In this document: in pieces, positions 12,572 to 24,370 of the stretch
Layout of the letters: every line of letters starts with the position of its first letter
Position numbering within the stretch: position 1 is the stretch's first letter
Assembly (NCBI RefSeq): GCF_006345805.1
Contig: NC_043012.1
Coordinates: 52,700,001 to 52,764,000, forward strand
Source of the DNA: Octopus sinensis
Taxonomy: Eukaryota
Direction: 5' to 3'
Length of the DNA: 64,000 bases
Position numbers and translations under genes: made by a program
The notes under the pieces: generated by a model
What the model saw: the letters and a program-made list of their open reading frames with translations, nothing else
Databases searched by the model: none
Told to the model about the DNA's origin: nothing

Positions 12572-12952
12572 TTATATAACAAAGTAAAGGTTTTTATTTT
12601 TCATTTACTTCGAAATTTGCTATAAAATTGTGGGTTTTGGCCGTGTTCGGCTGCTATTTCTAGCATGTAAAAATTATTGTTAAAGGATAATTTTCTATTT
12701 TGAAATACGAATATGTTGTCTATTGACTTTTTATACATGCTAGACCACTGGTGGTGATATTTATAACGAGTATTCGCCACCCTATATATATATGTACCTT
12801 ATGAATATGTTCTTAGCATTCTCGAAGTTTCAGCTCGGCATTGTACCCATTGCTGACTGTAAATGCGCCTGCGCGCGATATTTGAAAAATTATAGCATAT
12901 AATGATGGGAAAGTGTTATCTTGCCTCTGAATTATAAGTTAGTTGCTTAGGC

Positions 12953-13063
12953 CGGTTACTGACGAGAATTCGCCTGGTAGATAATATGGTCTTGCTAAAT
13001 TATCTATTAAAAGATGGCAAGCAATATTATTTGCTAAAGAAATTCGAAACGATGGTATAACCG
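12953..13063 (+). ncRNA. Type I hammerhead ribozyme HHR2 (predicted cleavage after 13057)
   Basis: Same as HHR1 except stem III reads ACGATGGT; core CTGACGA 12959-65 and GAAA 13046-49 are intact. Confidence 0.8.
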
Positions 13064-13192
13064 TTATATAACAAGGTAAAGGTTTTTTATTTTTCATTTA
13101 CTTCGAAATTTGCTATAAAATTGTGGTTTTTGGCCGTGCTTGGCTGCTATTTCTAGCATGTAAAAATTACTTGTTAAAGGGTTATTTTGAAA

Positions 13193-13249
<57 letters not shown>

Positions 13250-13348
13250 CATTTATCGATTTTTTATATATGTATCCATATATATATGTATAAGTATGTA
13301 AATGTGTGTGTATTTATATTCATAACTTAACCTTATGTACTTTCTAAA

Positions 13349-13472
13349 ATCTCTGACGAAGCCTAAAGAAACATCCAAGCACCTCATTTTCATCTACTAA
13401 TTACTTCAGTCTACTGGAGGGATAAAGGCAGAATGAGGTATTTTTGCCTCTTGCTTGAAACAGCTGTAAGAT
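13349..13472 (+). ncRNA. Type I hammerhead ribozyme HHR3 with long stem II (predicted cleavage after 13468)
   Basis: ATCT CTGACGA(13353-59) ... GAAA(13457-60) CAGCTGT A AGAT. Stem I ATCT/AGAT, palindromic ACAGCTGT, inner stem ACCTCATT(13381-88)/AATGAGGT(13432-39). Confidence 0.7.
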
Positions 13473-14639
13473 ATTTTCCCAATTTCTATTCCTGTATGTT
13501 ATATATTTTAATAATTACTGGTATCTTTATATATTTTATATGTAAAGCATAATGTGTTATACATGTATGTATATTCTTGTAATTGTCATTTTAGTAAGTA
13601 AATAAATAAATTGACATAAAATAATGTCTAAAAGTTGATGAACCACCTATTGACTCCCTCCATTTTCTTATTGCTCTCTCTCTCTTTCTCTCTCTCGATA
13701 TATATATATCTTTATGCAAACACACACACATACGCAAATTCACACGCACACGCACATATATATATATACACACATACACATACTTACCATTAGAGGTCAC
13801 AGGTATTAGGCTGGAGATAATCATTCTATCATTCCATCATAATATGAGGTAAATATGTCTGCATGTGTGCGTGTCTGTGTATGAATGTGTACGTATGTGC
13901 ATGTGTGCGCGTTTGTGTATGTATGCGTGTGTGTGCAGACATGCTTATATTGCATACATTCATGTCCATACAATCCACAAAACTCTTTGGAGTCTGATGA
14001 TATATTAGCATTTATTTTAGTTATATACAGCATATTACAATAATCTACACGTGTTTCCACGTAGAGGAGCTTTACCAAATATTCACTTCAAAATACAAAT
14101 TAATAAATACCAGACAAGAACAAGCAGTGGAATGTCTTCACACAAGCATATAAACTTCCAGACAATATAAATGAATACATTATACAATATATAATACTAA
14201 TAAAGTACGGACCAGACCATCAAAACGAATTTAAACAAACAAAAATAATTCTATGCAAACACTGCCCTCTGAACCAAGGGTAGCACATACAGCTATTAGG
14301 ACATATTAAGAACATTGAAAAAAAAACTCCAACCTCGATCTATTTTACGACCAGGCCCCAACCTCGTTCAACAGCGGAGATGAAATCTAGGTCAGATTCT
14401 TGTAACTATAAATAACAACAATCCTGCCTTCTACGGAATATTAACCAACATAATTTGCAGCCAATTCACTTCGAATAAGACAAATGGAGGGTCTCTGATG
14501 AAACTGCATTGACAATATTGTAAGGCTGCATCTGCAACAACGTTCAGTCGCTGCAGTGGAAACATCTGTAAGCCATTGTAATATGCTGTATATCACAATA
14601 AAATAAAAATAGTCGATGTACAAGCCGCCAAACTCTTTA

Positions 14640-14695
<56 letters not shown>

Positions 14696-14696
14696 G

Positions 14697-15251
14697 AGTG
14701 AGAGAGCAGTGCATGCCATCAAAGTGACAATGGCGTAAAATATACGAAGTCCAGTATACCCATCATAACTACCCATCCGATAAGAGTACACCAGGCACAT
14801 GCATCACAACCATATGTGCGCGACATGGTGATCTCATATCGGGATAAACAGCGCATGACCTTGCAGGTGGTGCCCAGTTAGAATTTTCTTCATGCCGAGT
14901 AGCCCATCCCGCTCAAAAGGACCCTGAATAAGGGTTGTTTAAGGATGTTGAACGAAACACCCATGTTTCCAGAGGTGAATTATTCAAACCCAAAGAATCC
15001 TTCTCAGCACATGGCTATGATGCTCGCTCACTACTTCTCCTCGTGAGCAGAGATGCAGATATCGTTAGCCACTAAGGGACATGCTCAACTGGTTACGGCC
15101 AAACAACTGACAAGCAATTCTGTGGTATTGAGCAGAATATTTGCTGTAGCCCATCTTTTATACCAAGACAAAACAATGTACATGATAACACTTCCAATCA
15201 GTTAAGATCAGAAGCCACGAGAGCCATTGCCTGGTACTGCATCAGGGCATC

Positions 15252-15252
<1 letters not shown>
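14697..15252 (-). mobile_element. Family C retroelement, longest copy, (AAT)n on both sides
   Basis: Reverse complement homologous to 1451-1925 with about 85 bp more at the 5' end. Confidence 0.85.
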
Positions 15253-15288
<36 letters not shown>

Positions 15289-15407
15289 TATTATTATTAT
15301 TATTATTTATTATTATTATTATTATTAATATTATTATTATCATTATATTATTATTATTATTATTATCATCATCATTATCATTATTATTATTATTATCAGT
15401 ATTATTA

Positions 15408-15455
<48 letters not shown>

Positions 15456-15499
15456 TATTATTATTATTATATACGTGTGCCCATATCTCCACCACTACT

Positions 15500-15665
15500 C
15501 GACAGCCGGTGTTGGTTTCTTTACGTCTCTACAACATAACGTTTCGGCAATAGCTACTGATTTCAAAATAAGAAGTGGCATCGATTTGTTGGCCGAAAAC
15601 ACTTTAAGGCGATGCCCCAGCATGACCGCTGCACACTGACTGAAGCAAAGTAAAAGATAAAAGAT
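15500..15665 (+). mobile_element. SINE family B 3' fragment, diverged
   Basis: Ends AAGGCGATGCCCCAGCATGACCGC..GACTGAAGCAAAGTAAAAGA. Confidence 0.7.
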
Positions 15666-16806
15666 ACGAAACCACCAAAAACAAATCAAAGTCGAGCACA
15701 GAAGAACCTGTTCACCAATTTCGCCATATTTCTTCCAATTATCATTTTGGAATAATTTTCTCATTTGTGGCATGGTTTGTCTTGTAAGAGATTACTATTT
15801 CTTCATTGTTTCTAGTTTCATTCTAATTTCTTTCCTGGGATGGCATTAGTCTAATCAAATCATTTATCAAGCTACTTGTTAGTTCCGGCACTTCTAAAGA
15901 TTAGTTCCATATTTGCAAAGAGCACACATAGCTTTATACCCACAAGGCATGATTCTTTTTCGTTTTATCGGCGGTGCGGCGAAGCTTCTGTGTTCAACTT
16001 CATTTTCATCAAGATGTCAGTACATGGTTGGCCAAACAGGCCTGCAGCAGTTTGGTAAACACTGCTGCCACAAATGGGATTGTATCGCAGCGTCCATTTT
16101 GCAGCCCGGCAGCTATATACACAACACTTCCCTAACATCGTGCAGAGCATTATACTTGCTATTATATTGACTCGAATCAACAAGAGGCGAAATAGAATTT
16201 CATCGTCAGCATGCGCATGCGTGCACAAACATATCTGCTTATATTCCGATCTGAACAGTATTCCAAACACGAAAACAGAAAGTTATTATCGTCTGAAAAT
16301 ATCGCTGAAGTAATACGAAGTTATTACACTCTCAAAATACACACAGGCGGTTTGCAAAGGCGTTCTTTTCGAGACATATATCCACGATATTTTATTTTCT
16401 CTCTTATATCCTGTGCAAATATCAGAAAATAATGTTACAGTTATTTTCATGTGGCTAATATACCCTTAAATATACCCTTAGAAAATATTCTTAAATTAAG
16501 CATTTTGCTAAGTTAGCAATCTTGGCAAGCTCAATATAATTAGCCGAGTTGATAAAATGTCTACCGGTGATAACAGCGACGGTTTCGCATTTGCCCATTA
16601 TTACTATACTGTGGGTGTGTTGAGTTAGCCTGACTTATATTCATAGTAAATATACATCAGTAGGTATCACATCTACATATCAAATTTTCAGTACCTAAAA
16701 TTGCTTATCTTATCTACAACACGAAAATATTATTATGTTGTACTCATATATACATATATATCTAATATTCTTCTGATACAACATTTCTGATGTATTCTTC
16801 TTTTTT

Positions 16807-16921
16807 TGCTTTGAGGAGAATGTTAATATGTAATTAAATTAATTTAATTATAATTATAATTGATTTAATTTTTTCCATGTTTCTTACATGTTGGTGTTAT
16901 GATTCGAAACGATCGTATGCA
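16807..16921 (+). ncRNA. Degenerate type I hammerhead HHR4 (C3U)
   Basis: TGCT TTGAGGA(16811-17) GAAT...ATTC GAAA C-GATC-GT A(16917) TGCA; palindromic stem III ACGATCGT. Confidence 0.55.
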
Positions 16922-17217
16922 TGGATTAATATTTTATAAAACTTTAAACATATCTTTCCAAACTTAAAAAAAAAAAATGTTTGCAACAGTAAGCTACAAA
17001 TTTAGTATGAAGAATCTTTATTAGAAATCTAACTTTGGACCCCACCACCCAAAGTAATACGTTTCAAATTGAACACAACCTTTCTCACATGTATATATAT
17101 ATATATATATATATATAAGCCCTTGTGTAATAAAGTACTACGTACAGAGTAGCCTAAAAGTCACGCAGCAAAGCATTTGACTTTATTTTTATTACGTTAT
17201 TATTATTATTATTATTA

Positions 17218-17321
17218 TTGAGTGAGAGAGCAGTTCATGCCATCAAAGTGACACTGGGGTAAAATATACGAAGCCCAATATACCCATCATGACTACCCGT
17301 CTGATAAAGGTACACCAGGCA

Positions 17322-17322
<1 letters not shown>
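17218..17322 (-). mobile_element. Family C, severely 5'-truncated copy in (AAT)n
   Basis: Matches only the last ~105 bp of family C; TAT runs on both sides. Confidence 0.85.
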
Positions 17323-17358
<36 letters not shown>

Positions 17359-18389
17359 GTTATTGTTATTGTTATTATTATTATTATTATTATTGTTATT
17401 ATTATTATTATTATTCATTTTGTTCATCGTGTACAAATATGTGTGTATTCATCATTATTTTATTTATTTTATTGAATTTTGTAAAAATTGAAGCACGTTT
17501 TTGACAATACAATTCCAGAGTGTATTGAACTTATTTTGTGCGTAACTTTTGGCACGATTTTATAGTTCTAGAAAATGTTGGGCAACTAGCAGAATCGCTA
17601 GCACGTCGGAAACCTTGCTTAACGACATTTCTTCTGGTCCTTTACGTCCTGAGTTCAAATGAGTTGAGACCAACTTTCTTTCCTTGGGAAACGACAAAAT
17701 AAAATATCAGTAAAATACTGAGGCCGATGTATTTGACTTGCTATCTCTGCTCAAATTTGCTGGCCTTGAACCTTGCAACGGAACTGTGTCCTATTCAGAA
17801 GGATCATTGGGATCTCGACCGCTTGTACGTCACGGAAACCGGGTAACCCGGCCTTATGAGTCCTGGGGCTCGAGAATAAAGAGAAACAGGATTTACAGAA
17901 TCCTATAACATTGTTTTCAAATTTTGCCTCGAGGCCAGCAATTTTGGGGGTGTGGGTAAGTCGATTACATTAACCCCAGTGTTCAACTGTTTGTTTTTTT
18001 TTCCTCTATTTTATCAGCTTCGAAAGGATGAACGGCAAAGTCGACTTCAGGCGAACTGCCGCTAAGCACATTCAGACGGGCTCACATTTCAGCCAGTTTG
18101 CTGCCTTGTATACAAGCATATAATAGTAATTCTATGTATAACATGTTATGCAGCACAGCTGATACATGAGGAGATAATCTACCATAATCCAATGTATTAG
18201 CTTTTAATATGTGATTTTATATAACTTCATAGATATATGATATTAACAAAACGTAATCTTAAAAAAATAACAACGCTCAAACATTATTGCTTTTATTTAA
18301 TGAAACTGTATGGAAGACAATTTTACAGCCAAATATTATATACGATGGGCCCTATTAATATTTATTTTTATTTTGGTGAAAAAAATACA

Positions 18390-18554
18390 TAGGCGCAGGA
18401 GTAGCTGTGTCGTAAGAGGCTTGCTTACCAACCACATGGTAGCAGGGTCAGTCCACTGCGTAGCACCTTGGGCAAGTGCCTTCTACTATGGCCTCGGGCC
18501 GACCAAAACCTTGTGAGTGGATTTGATAGACGGAAACTGAAAGAATACCCGTCG

Positions 18555-18644
<90 letters not shown>

Positions 18645-18830
18645 TGTGTCTGTGTGAGTGTTTGTCACCCCACCATTATTTGACACCCGATGTTGTTGTG
18701 TTTACGTTCCCGTAACTTAGCGGTTCAGCAAAAGAGACCGATAGAATAAGTACTATGTTTACAAAGAATAATTCCTCATGTCGATTTGTTCGGCTAAAGG
18801 CGTTGCTCCAGCAACTAACTGAAAAATTAA
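18390..18830 (+). mobile_element. SINE family B
   Basis: AGGCGCAGGAGTAGCTGTGT head, CORE-like motif, internal TA/TG run. Confidence 0.85.
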
Positions 18831-19382
18831 AACAGAAAGATTATTTGTGGAGTTTTATAGCATACTAGCAAATGCACTCGTCCTTTGGACTGTTTAAGTT
18901 GCTTTGGTGGTATTTTTTTTTACCAAATAATTGAACTGCCGAGAAGGTTTATGAGTAGCACGGCAATCTATGTTTCCGATTAACCTAGGAACAGAAAACC
19001 AAATCGAAGGCTGGTTATAGTGGAGGTCGTTACACTTTAATGATCATAGAACATACAAGTTTGCAAGTGATGCAAAGTAGAACTACTGAAGTAGCATCCT
19101 TAAAGTGAAAAAACGCATTTGGTAGGTAAACAAAGGTATCAACAAATAGAAGAGAGGGAAGCGAACATCACCTTCCAAGTAACTCAGAATAGTTTAATGT
19201 CCAAGTTTAATGCAGTTTAAGTATGGAGATTAAGATTGTTTGGTATTGGATATTCATCGTGTACAGTGTTCCAAGTCAATTTAATAACCGTCGCAAGTGG
19301 ACAGTCGAAATAAATAGACAAAATCCTTTCCCTTTTATAATATTTTCTAACCAAGTAATAATATACAATTACAGAATATTCT

Positions 19383-19745
19383 TTACTCTTTTACTTGTTT
19401 CAGTCATTTGACTGTGGCCATGCTGGAACACCGCCTTTATTCGATCGAGCAAATCGACCCCAGGACTTATTCTTTGTAAGCCTAGTACTTATTCGATCGG
19501 TGTTTTTTGCCGAACCGCTAAGTTACGGGGACGTAAACACGCTAGCATCGGTTGTCAAGTGATGTTGGGGGACAAACACAGACACACAAACAGATATATA
19601 TATATATATATATATATACGACGAGCTTCTTTCAATTTCCGCCTTGGTCGACCCGACGCTATAGTAGAAGACAATTGTCCAAGGTGACACGCAGTGGGAC
19701 TGAACCTAGAACCGTGTGGTCCGTAAGCAAGCTACTTGCCACATA
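19383..19745 (-). mobile_element. SINE family B with internal deletion
   Basis: Tail, microsatellite and head are present; a segment near 19640 is missing. Confidence 0.8.
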
Positions 19746-19867
19746 ATGAATCAAAACTATGTGAAAAGCTCTAAAACATATTCTCTAATGCCAATCAAAA
19801 TACGACCATATAGATTTTAAAAACTATGAAAGACCCTACATACAAAAAAAATTATGTACATACAATG

Positions 19868-20062
19868 AATTAGAGAAAATCCCGTACGACCCACCGGTTT
19901 TCCCGGTTTGTCCATTTACGCGGGGGCTCTGACAAAATATTATAGTGCATGACCATCCTTGGGACATAAGTAATGTATGTGTAAAGTTTGGTGAAAATCA
20001 GTTGGGAATGTATGCGTTAGTCAATATACACACACACACTCTGATTTATATATACTAGATTT
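19868..20062 (+). mobile_element. Helentron/HINE-like non-autonomous element
   Basis: 5' TTAGAGAAAATCCCGTACGACCCACCGG subterminal hairpin-like motif; 3' GTAAAGTTTGGTGAAAATCAG...(CA)n..TTTATATATACTAGAT, resembling invertebrate HINE ends. Confidence 0.45.
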
Positions 20063-22141
20063 AAATTAATGATTTTCTATCAGCTTAACTGGAGAACAAA
20101 AAGTGACACCCAGGATCTCTTTTAGGGCCATTGAGAAAGGTATGAGAAAAAAGTTATTTTCAGATCGAAGTATTGGGCCAAATGCTTGCAACCGAATGTA
20201 CTTCATAGAACGTACCCAAGGTCCAGATAGCGTTAAACAGGTTGATGTATTAAGTCTCTCGTGTCTAATAATGTAGTATGGCATTCATAACTTTCCTGAG
20301 AGTATCACCAGTGTGAGTTAAGTAGGGGCCATAACTCAGAATGGGAAGTGGCATGTATTTGAACAACATATACAAATACAGGTATATCAAGTACTATACA
20401 TCGTAAATTTTTGATTTATTGAAGTAACCTCTGCCTCTAGAGGTTGCATCATAATTAGTAAATGGCTATTTAGTAATTCTCAAGTGGAGCTAATTGCCAT
20501 TTGTTAATTATGATAATCCTATAGGGGCGGAGATGATTTTAATAACTCAAAATTTTTTGTTATGGTATTTGACATACCTATATTTGTTTAAGTGAACTAA
20601 AATTATTTTAAAGGATTCTAAAATAACTTTGTGGGTTAAATTTATGGATTGTAAACTAAAGATAACGATTAATGCTGTCGTGATTGGAAATGATCGAATA
20701 CTACAATTCATTTTGTTTCCTACCGTAATGTTAATTTATTGTAAGTTGACGCTTTCATCCCTTTCTACAAATGTGTACTCAAGCGGTGGAAGAAGCCTCA
20801 ATGTGACTACCTGAACTGCAAGAAATCTGTTAAATCAAAGCTAAATCACACCACAGCCAACTGTCTTAAAGAAGTACTCTTTGGGCAATTTTTTTCTTTG
20901 TTCTCTCTTTTATCCCGCTTGTAGTTCAAGGTTTGCGTTTTATACTCCATGATGTTAGTCCAATCAGCGTGCCGCTTATCTTACGGTGGGGTCTCTTGCT
21001 ATTAGTAAGGTTCTTAGGGACTAGTTTTTCACAATAACAGGAAGTGGGATTTGAACTCGTAATGCACAAAGCCGAAATATCACGCCCCAGAATGCTGTTA
21101 TACTTATGAACCTGGAAACGGTGGAAAGCTTAGTGGAGCTCCGTGAAATTTGAACATAAGGCGCAGAGTGTCGGAACAACAATTCCACCCCTTATATTTT
21201 GGATAATATTCCCAAAGGTACAAAAATACTCTCGCCGTCCTTTGAAGCAGCCAGAATATTGATCGCTGCAACCTGTTCATTTTCTTTCCTCGTAACCACA
21301 TTGCCACTCCTACTCCCCACTTCAACATATCTTTCAGCCCTACTATTGTGTACCCTCTTTTCTTATTCTTTATATTCTTATCTATTCTTCCTCACGTCCC
21401 AACGAGGCGATACTCATCTTTTAGCTAACCTAGTATTCTGTTCTCAATTCTGGATACAACACTACCTCTCCTACCACATCAAAAACTTTCGAACTTTTTT
21501 CTCCTCCTCCTCTCTTAAGTACTCCTAACACTCACTTTATTCCTTCTTCCTTTCTTCACTCCTCCTCTCTCTCTCTCTCTCTCACTCTCTCTCTCCCTTT
21601 CTCCCTCACTGTTTCTCTCTAACTGGTTTGCTTCCCCACTTAGCTCCTTTTTTCCAACACCTAATTGTTATCCTTTGCCCGTTCTTTTTCTCTGCCGCAA
21701 CCAATGTATATTAAACTCAATTCGCAATTCTGTGACTTTTCTTCTCTAATGATGCAAAACTAACATTCGCTTTTCTGACACAATTGCAGCCATGTTATGA
21801 GAAAATAAATCCACTTTATAAATATGTTTCTGTATATGCGTGTGCGCATGTACACACACACACGCACACACATATTCACACATACAAACACACGTACATA
21901 CATTCATACATATTTGTGTGTGTGTGTGTGTATGCATACGCATATACATAATACTTTGTGCTTATTACAGAATTCTTTCCTCCTGCTTGTGGACTAACAT
22001 GATTTCCAGGTTTCCAAATTGGAATTATCGACGATAGTAACATTCCTTAACTTTTCACCTTTTAAACGGATGAAATGCGTATGTATGTGTGCGTATGTAT
22101 GTGTGTATGAGTGTGTATGTGTGCGTGTGTGTGTGTGTGTG

Positions 22142-22214
<73 letters not shown>

Positions 22215-22675
22215 ATACATATATATGTATTTATATGAATGACCACTGGATTGACGGATTGGTTGATTTTTCTTCTGGTGTTCATTTTGTGAATTGCATA
22301 TTATACAAATTTATGCAGACAAACAGATACAACAGGTTCGTGAGATTTTATTTTTGGCTCTGACAAAATATATCTCGTTACCCTACAGACCGAGGATTGC
22401 AAACTGATTAAATTCTGGTTGCTTTCTGACAAGCAAAACTATTTTTTCTGAACCTATAGCGATGACAATTACCGGTGTCGTGAACCCCAAAAGCGCATAG
22501 CTCCCCTTTCTTATCGGAAGAGAGATTACCAACGTCCGAAACGAATCCGTTAGAGGTAGAATGATTTTCTTCAGTGCATCTTCTACGCCATGTTTTGGGA
22601 TAATGAATTCGTCATTTTGTGTGTCTAGACTATGAAACACTGGAATGACATTGTATTTTTCATTAAAAAGTATGA

Positions 22676-22974
22676 CCTGTTGCTATACCTCTGGAAAGAT
22701 TCAAAAATTGTTGTAAGAGAATTTCTACTTCAATAACCCCAATTTCTGGCCTCCTAATTTCCCCGATTGTAATCCCATAGTTTACAGTTCATGTAGGGCG
22801 CGGTTGAGAAAAAACCTCACCCCAACAGCTCTGCTTGTAATACTAAAGCCGAGTTGGGGGCTAAGATTAAAGGTTTTCGAAGATCTTCTCAAGGACACAG
22901 TGAGGAACGCATGCAGAATGTTCCGCAGCCGCCCAGAGGCTGAGGTGGAACCTGAGGTCGACTACACTGACTAA
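22676..22974 (+). pseudogene. Tc1/mariner (maT/DD37D-like) transposase C-terminal relic
   Basis: Frameshifted translation: CYTSGKIQK..ENF..NFWPPNFPDCNP..CNTKAEL.AKIK..FEDL.KDTVRNACRMFRSR..EVE.E.DY..*. Confidence 0.75.
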
Positions 22975-23079
22975 ACTGCTATATCCCAGCCATAATCTAT
23001 TTGATAGTTTTTGATCCGTTAACATTCTTTATCTTTATATGGAATTTTGTGAAAAAAACCTCTATAAGAGAGGAAAGTA

Positions 23080-23109
23080 TTGGGTTGTCCAGAAAGTTCG
23101 TACCGATTT
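23080..23109 (+). mobile_element. Solo mariner left TIR preceded by TA
   Basis: TTGGGTTGTCCAGAAAGTTCGTACCGATTT versus TTGGGTTGTCCGGAAAGTTCGTGCCGATTT at 23357. Confidence 0.85.
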
Positions 23110-23356
23110 GGTACAAGGCCAGCAATTTCGGGGTTGGGTATGTCGATTACTTCGAACCTGGTGCTGTACTGGTACTTATTATAACCGAACCCGAAAGGAA
23201 GAAAAGTAAAGTCGACCTCAGTGGAAGTTGAACTCAGAACAAAAGAGGAACGAAATGCCGCTAAACATTTTGCCAGTTTGCTTGCCTTAGTGTTTTTATT
23301 TATATTAGTGATGGAAATGGTGATGCTGTTGTTCCTTTAAATGCTATATTATTCTA

Positions 23357-23922
23357 TTGGGTTGTCCGGAAAGTTCGTGCCGATTTATAGCAGCTTATCT
23401 TTCGACTTATTTTAGAACATGGTTGTGTCCATAAAATAGGATTTGACTACACCTCCATTTAGAGCACAGTTTAAGCTATCTTTTCGTGGAAGAAGGTTTA
23501 TGTTCCTATAACTTGTGTTAATTCTGTAACCCTTTAAAATGGAAGATAAGAAAGTTCATTTTCGGCACTTGATGCTTTGGGAACCAGACAAAAATTGCTG
23601 CAGCTTGGATGGGATGTGTTACCCCACCCTCCATACTCACCAGATATTGCTCCTTCGGATTTCCACTTATTTAGGTCTCTGTAGAATAGTCTTAATGGTA
23701 AAAATTTCAATTCCTTGGATGACATAAAAAGATACCTTGATGAATTCTTTGCCATGAAACCACCTGAATTCTGGGAAGAGGGTATTTTCAAGTTAAAGGA
23801 AAGATGGAGACGCATCGTGCAACAAAATGGTTCATATTTGGTTGATTAAAAGTGTAATGGCAAATATTTATTGACCTTTTTCTTTCTTTTAAAAATCGGC
23901 ATGAATTTTCCGGACAACCCAA
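23357..23922 (+). mobile_element. Internally deleted non-autonomous mariner (mellifera-like), 30-bp TIRs, TA TSD
   Basis: The two TIRs differ by 2 nt; TA at 23355-56 and 23923-24. MEDKKVHFRHLMLWE is fused to TRQKLLQLGWDVLPHPPYSPDIAPSDFHLFRSL*NSLNGK..ERWRRIVQQNGSYLVD*. Confidence 0.92.
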
Positions 23923-24139
23923 TAGTATCTATACTGAGAAGTAATGTTTGTCACCGCGTTGAAGTGGCGACAAACATGCATTTTCTTTTCCTTTTAATCA
24001 AACTGTCGAATTTAGCCTGAATACCCTGTAAACCTAACAACTTATGACGTCAGTCAAACAGTAGTTGCGGTTTCCTTCTCTTCTCTTATCCTGAATATTG
24101 CAAGAATTAACCTGAACACTACAATAGTAGCTGTATACC

Positions 24140-24370
24140 TATTTCTTTATTACCCACAAGGGGCTAAACACAGAGGGGACAAACAAGGACAGACATAGGT
24201 ATTAAGTCGATTACATCGACCCCAGTGCGTAACTGGTACTTAATTTATCGACCCCGAAAGGATGAACGGCAATGTCGACCTCGGCAGAATTTGAACTCAC
24301 AACATAACGCAGACGAAATACCGCTAAGCATTTCGCCCGGCGTGCTAACGTTTCTGCCAGCTCGCCGCCT
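24140..24370 (-). mobile_element. Full SINE family A (A1 tail) with 13-bp TSD
   Basis: TAGTAGCTGTATA at 24125-24137 and 24371-24383. Confidence 0.92.

Larger units (their letters stand above)
12410..13194 (+). mobile_element. Non-coding retrozyme-like / Penelope-pLTR-like element: two ~290-bp direct repeats (12410-12707, 12903-13194), period 492 bp
   Basis: Near-identical direct repeats, each with a hammerhead; no ORF; followed by (TA)n. Confidence 0.75.

Noticed and set aside
12864-12875. NRF1-like promoter motif TGCGCCTGCGCG (also about 16211)
   Set aside because: Isolated short motifs with no supporting gene or TSS evidence.
12410-13194. LTR retrotransposon / plant-type LTR retrozyme
   Set aside because: The repeats start with TG but lack a CA end, PBS, PPT and TSD, and the hammerheads are type I; a Penelope-like origin fits better.
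14045-14145. Minus-strand GAAACACGTGTA hammerhead half
   Set aside because: There is a palindromic stem III but no matching core or stem I.
22383-22640. 85-aa ORF or possible exon on either strand
   Set aside because: Open frames and weak splice signals occur on both strands with no recognisable domain, so it cannot be supported.
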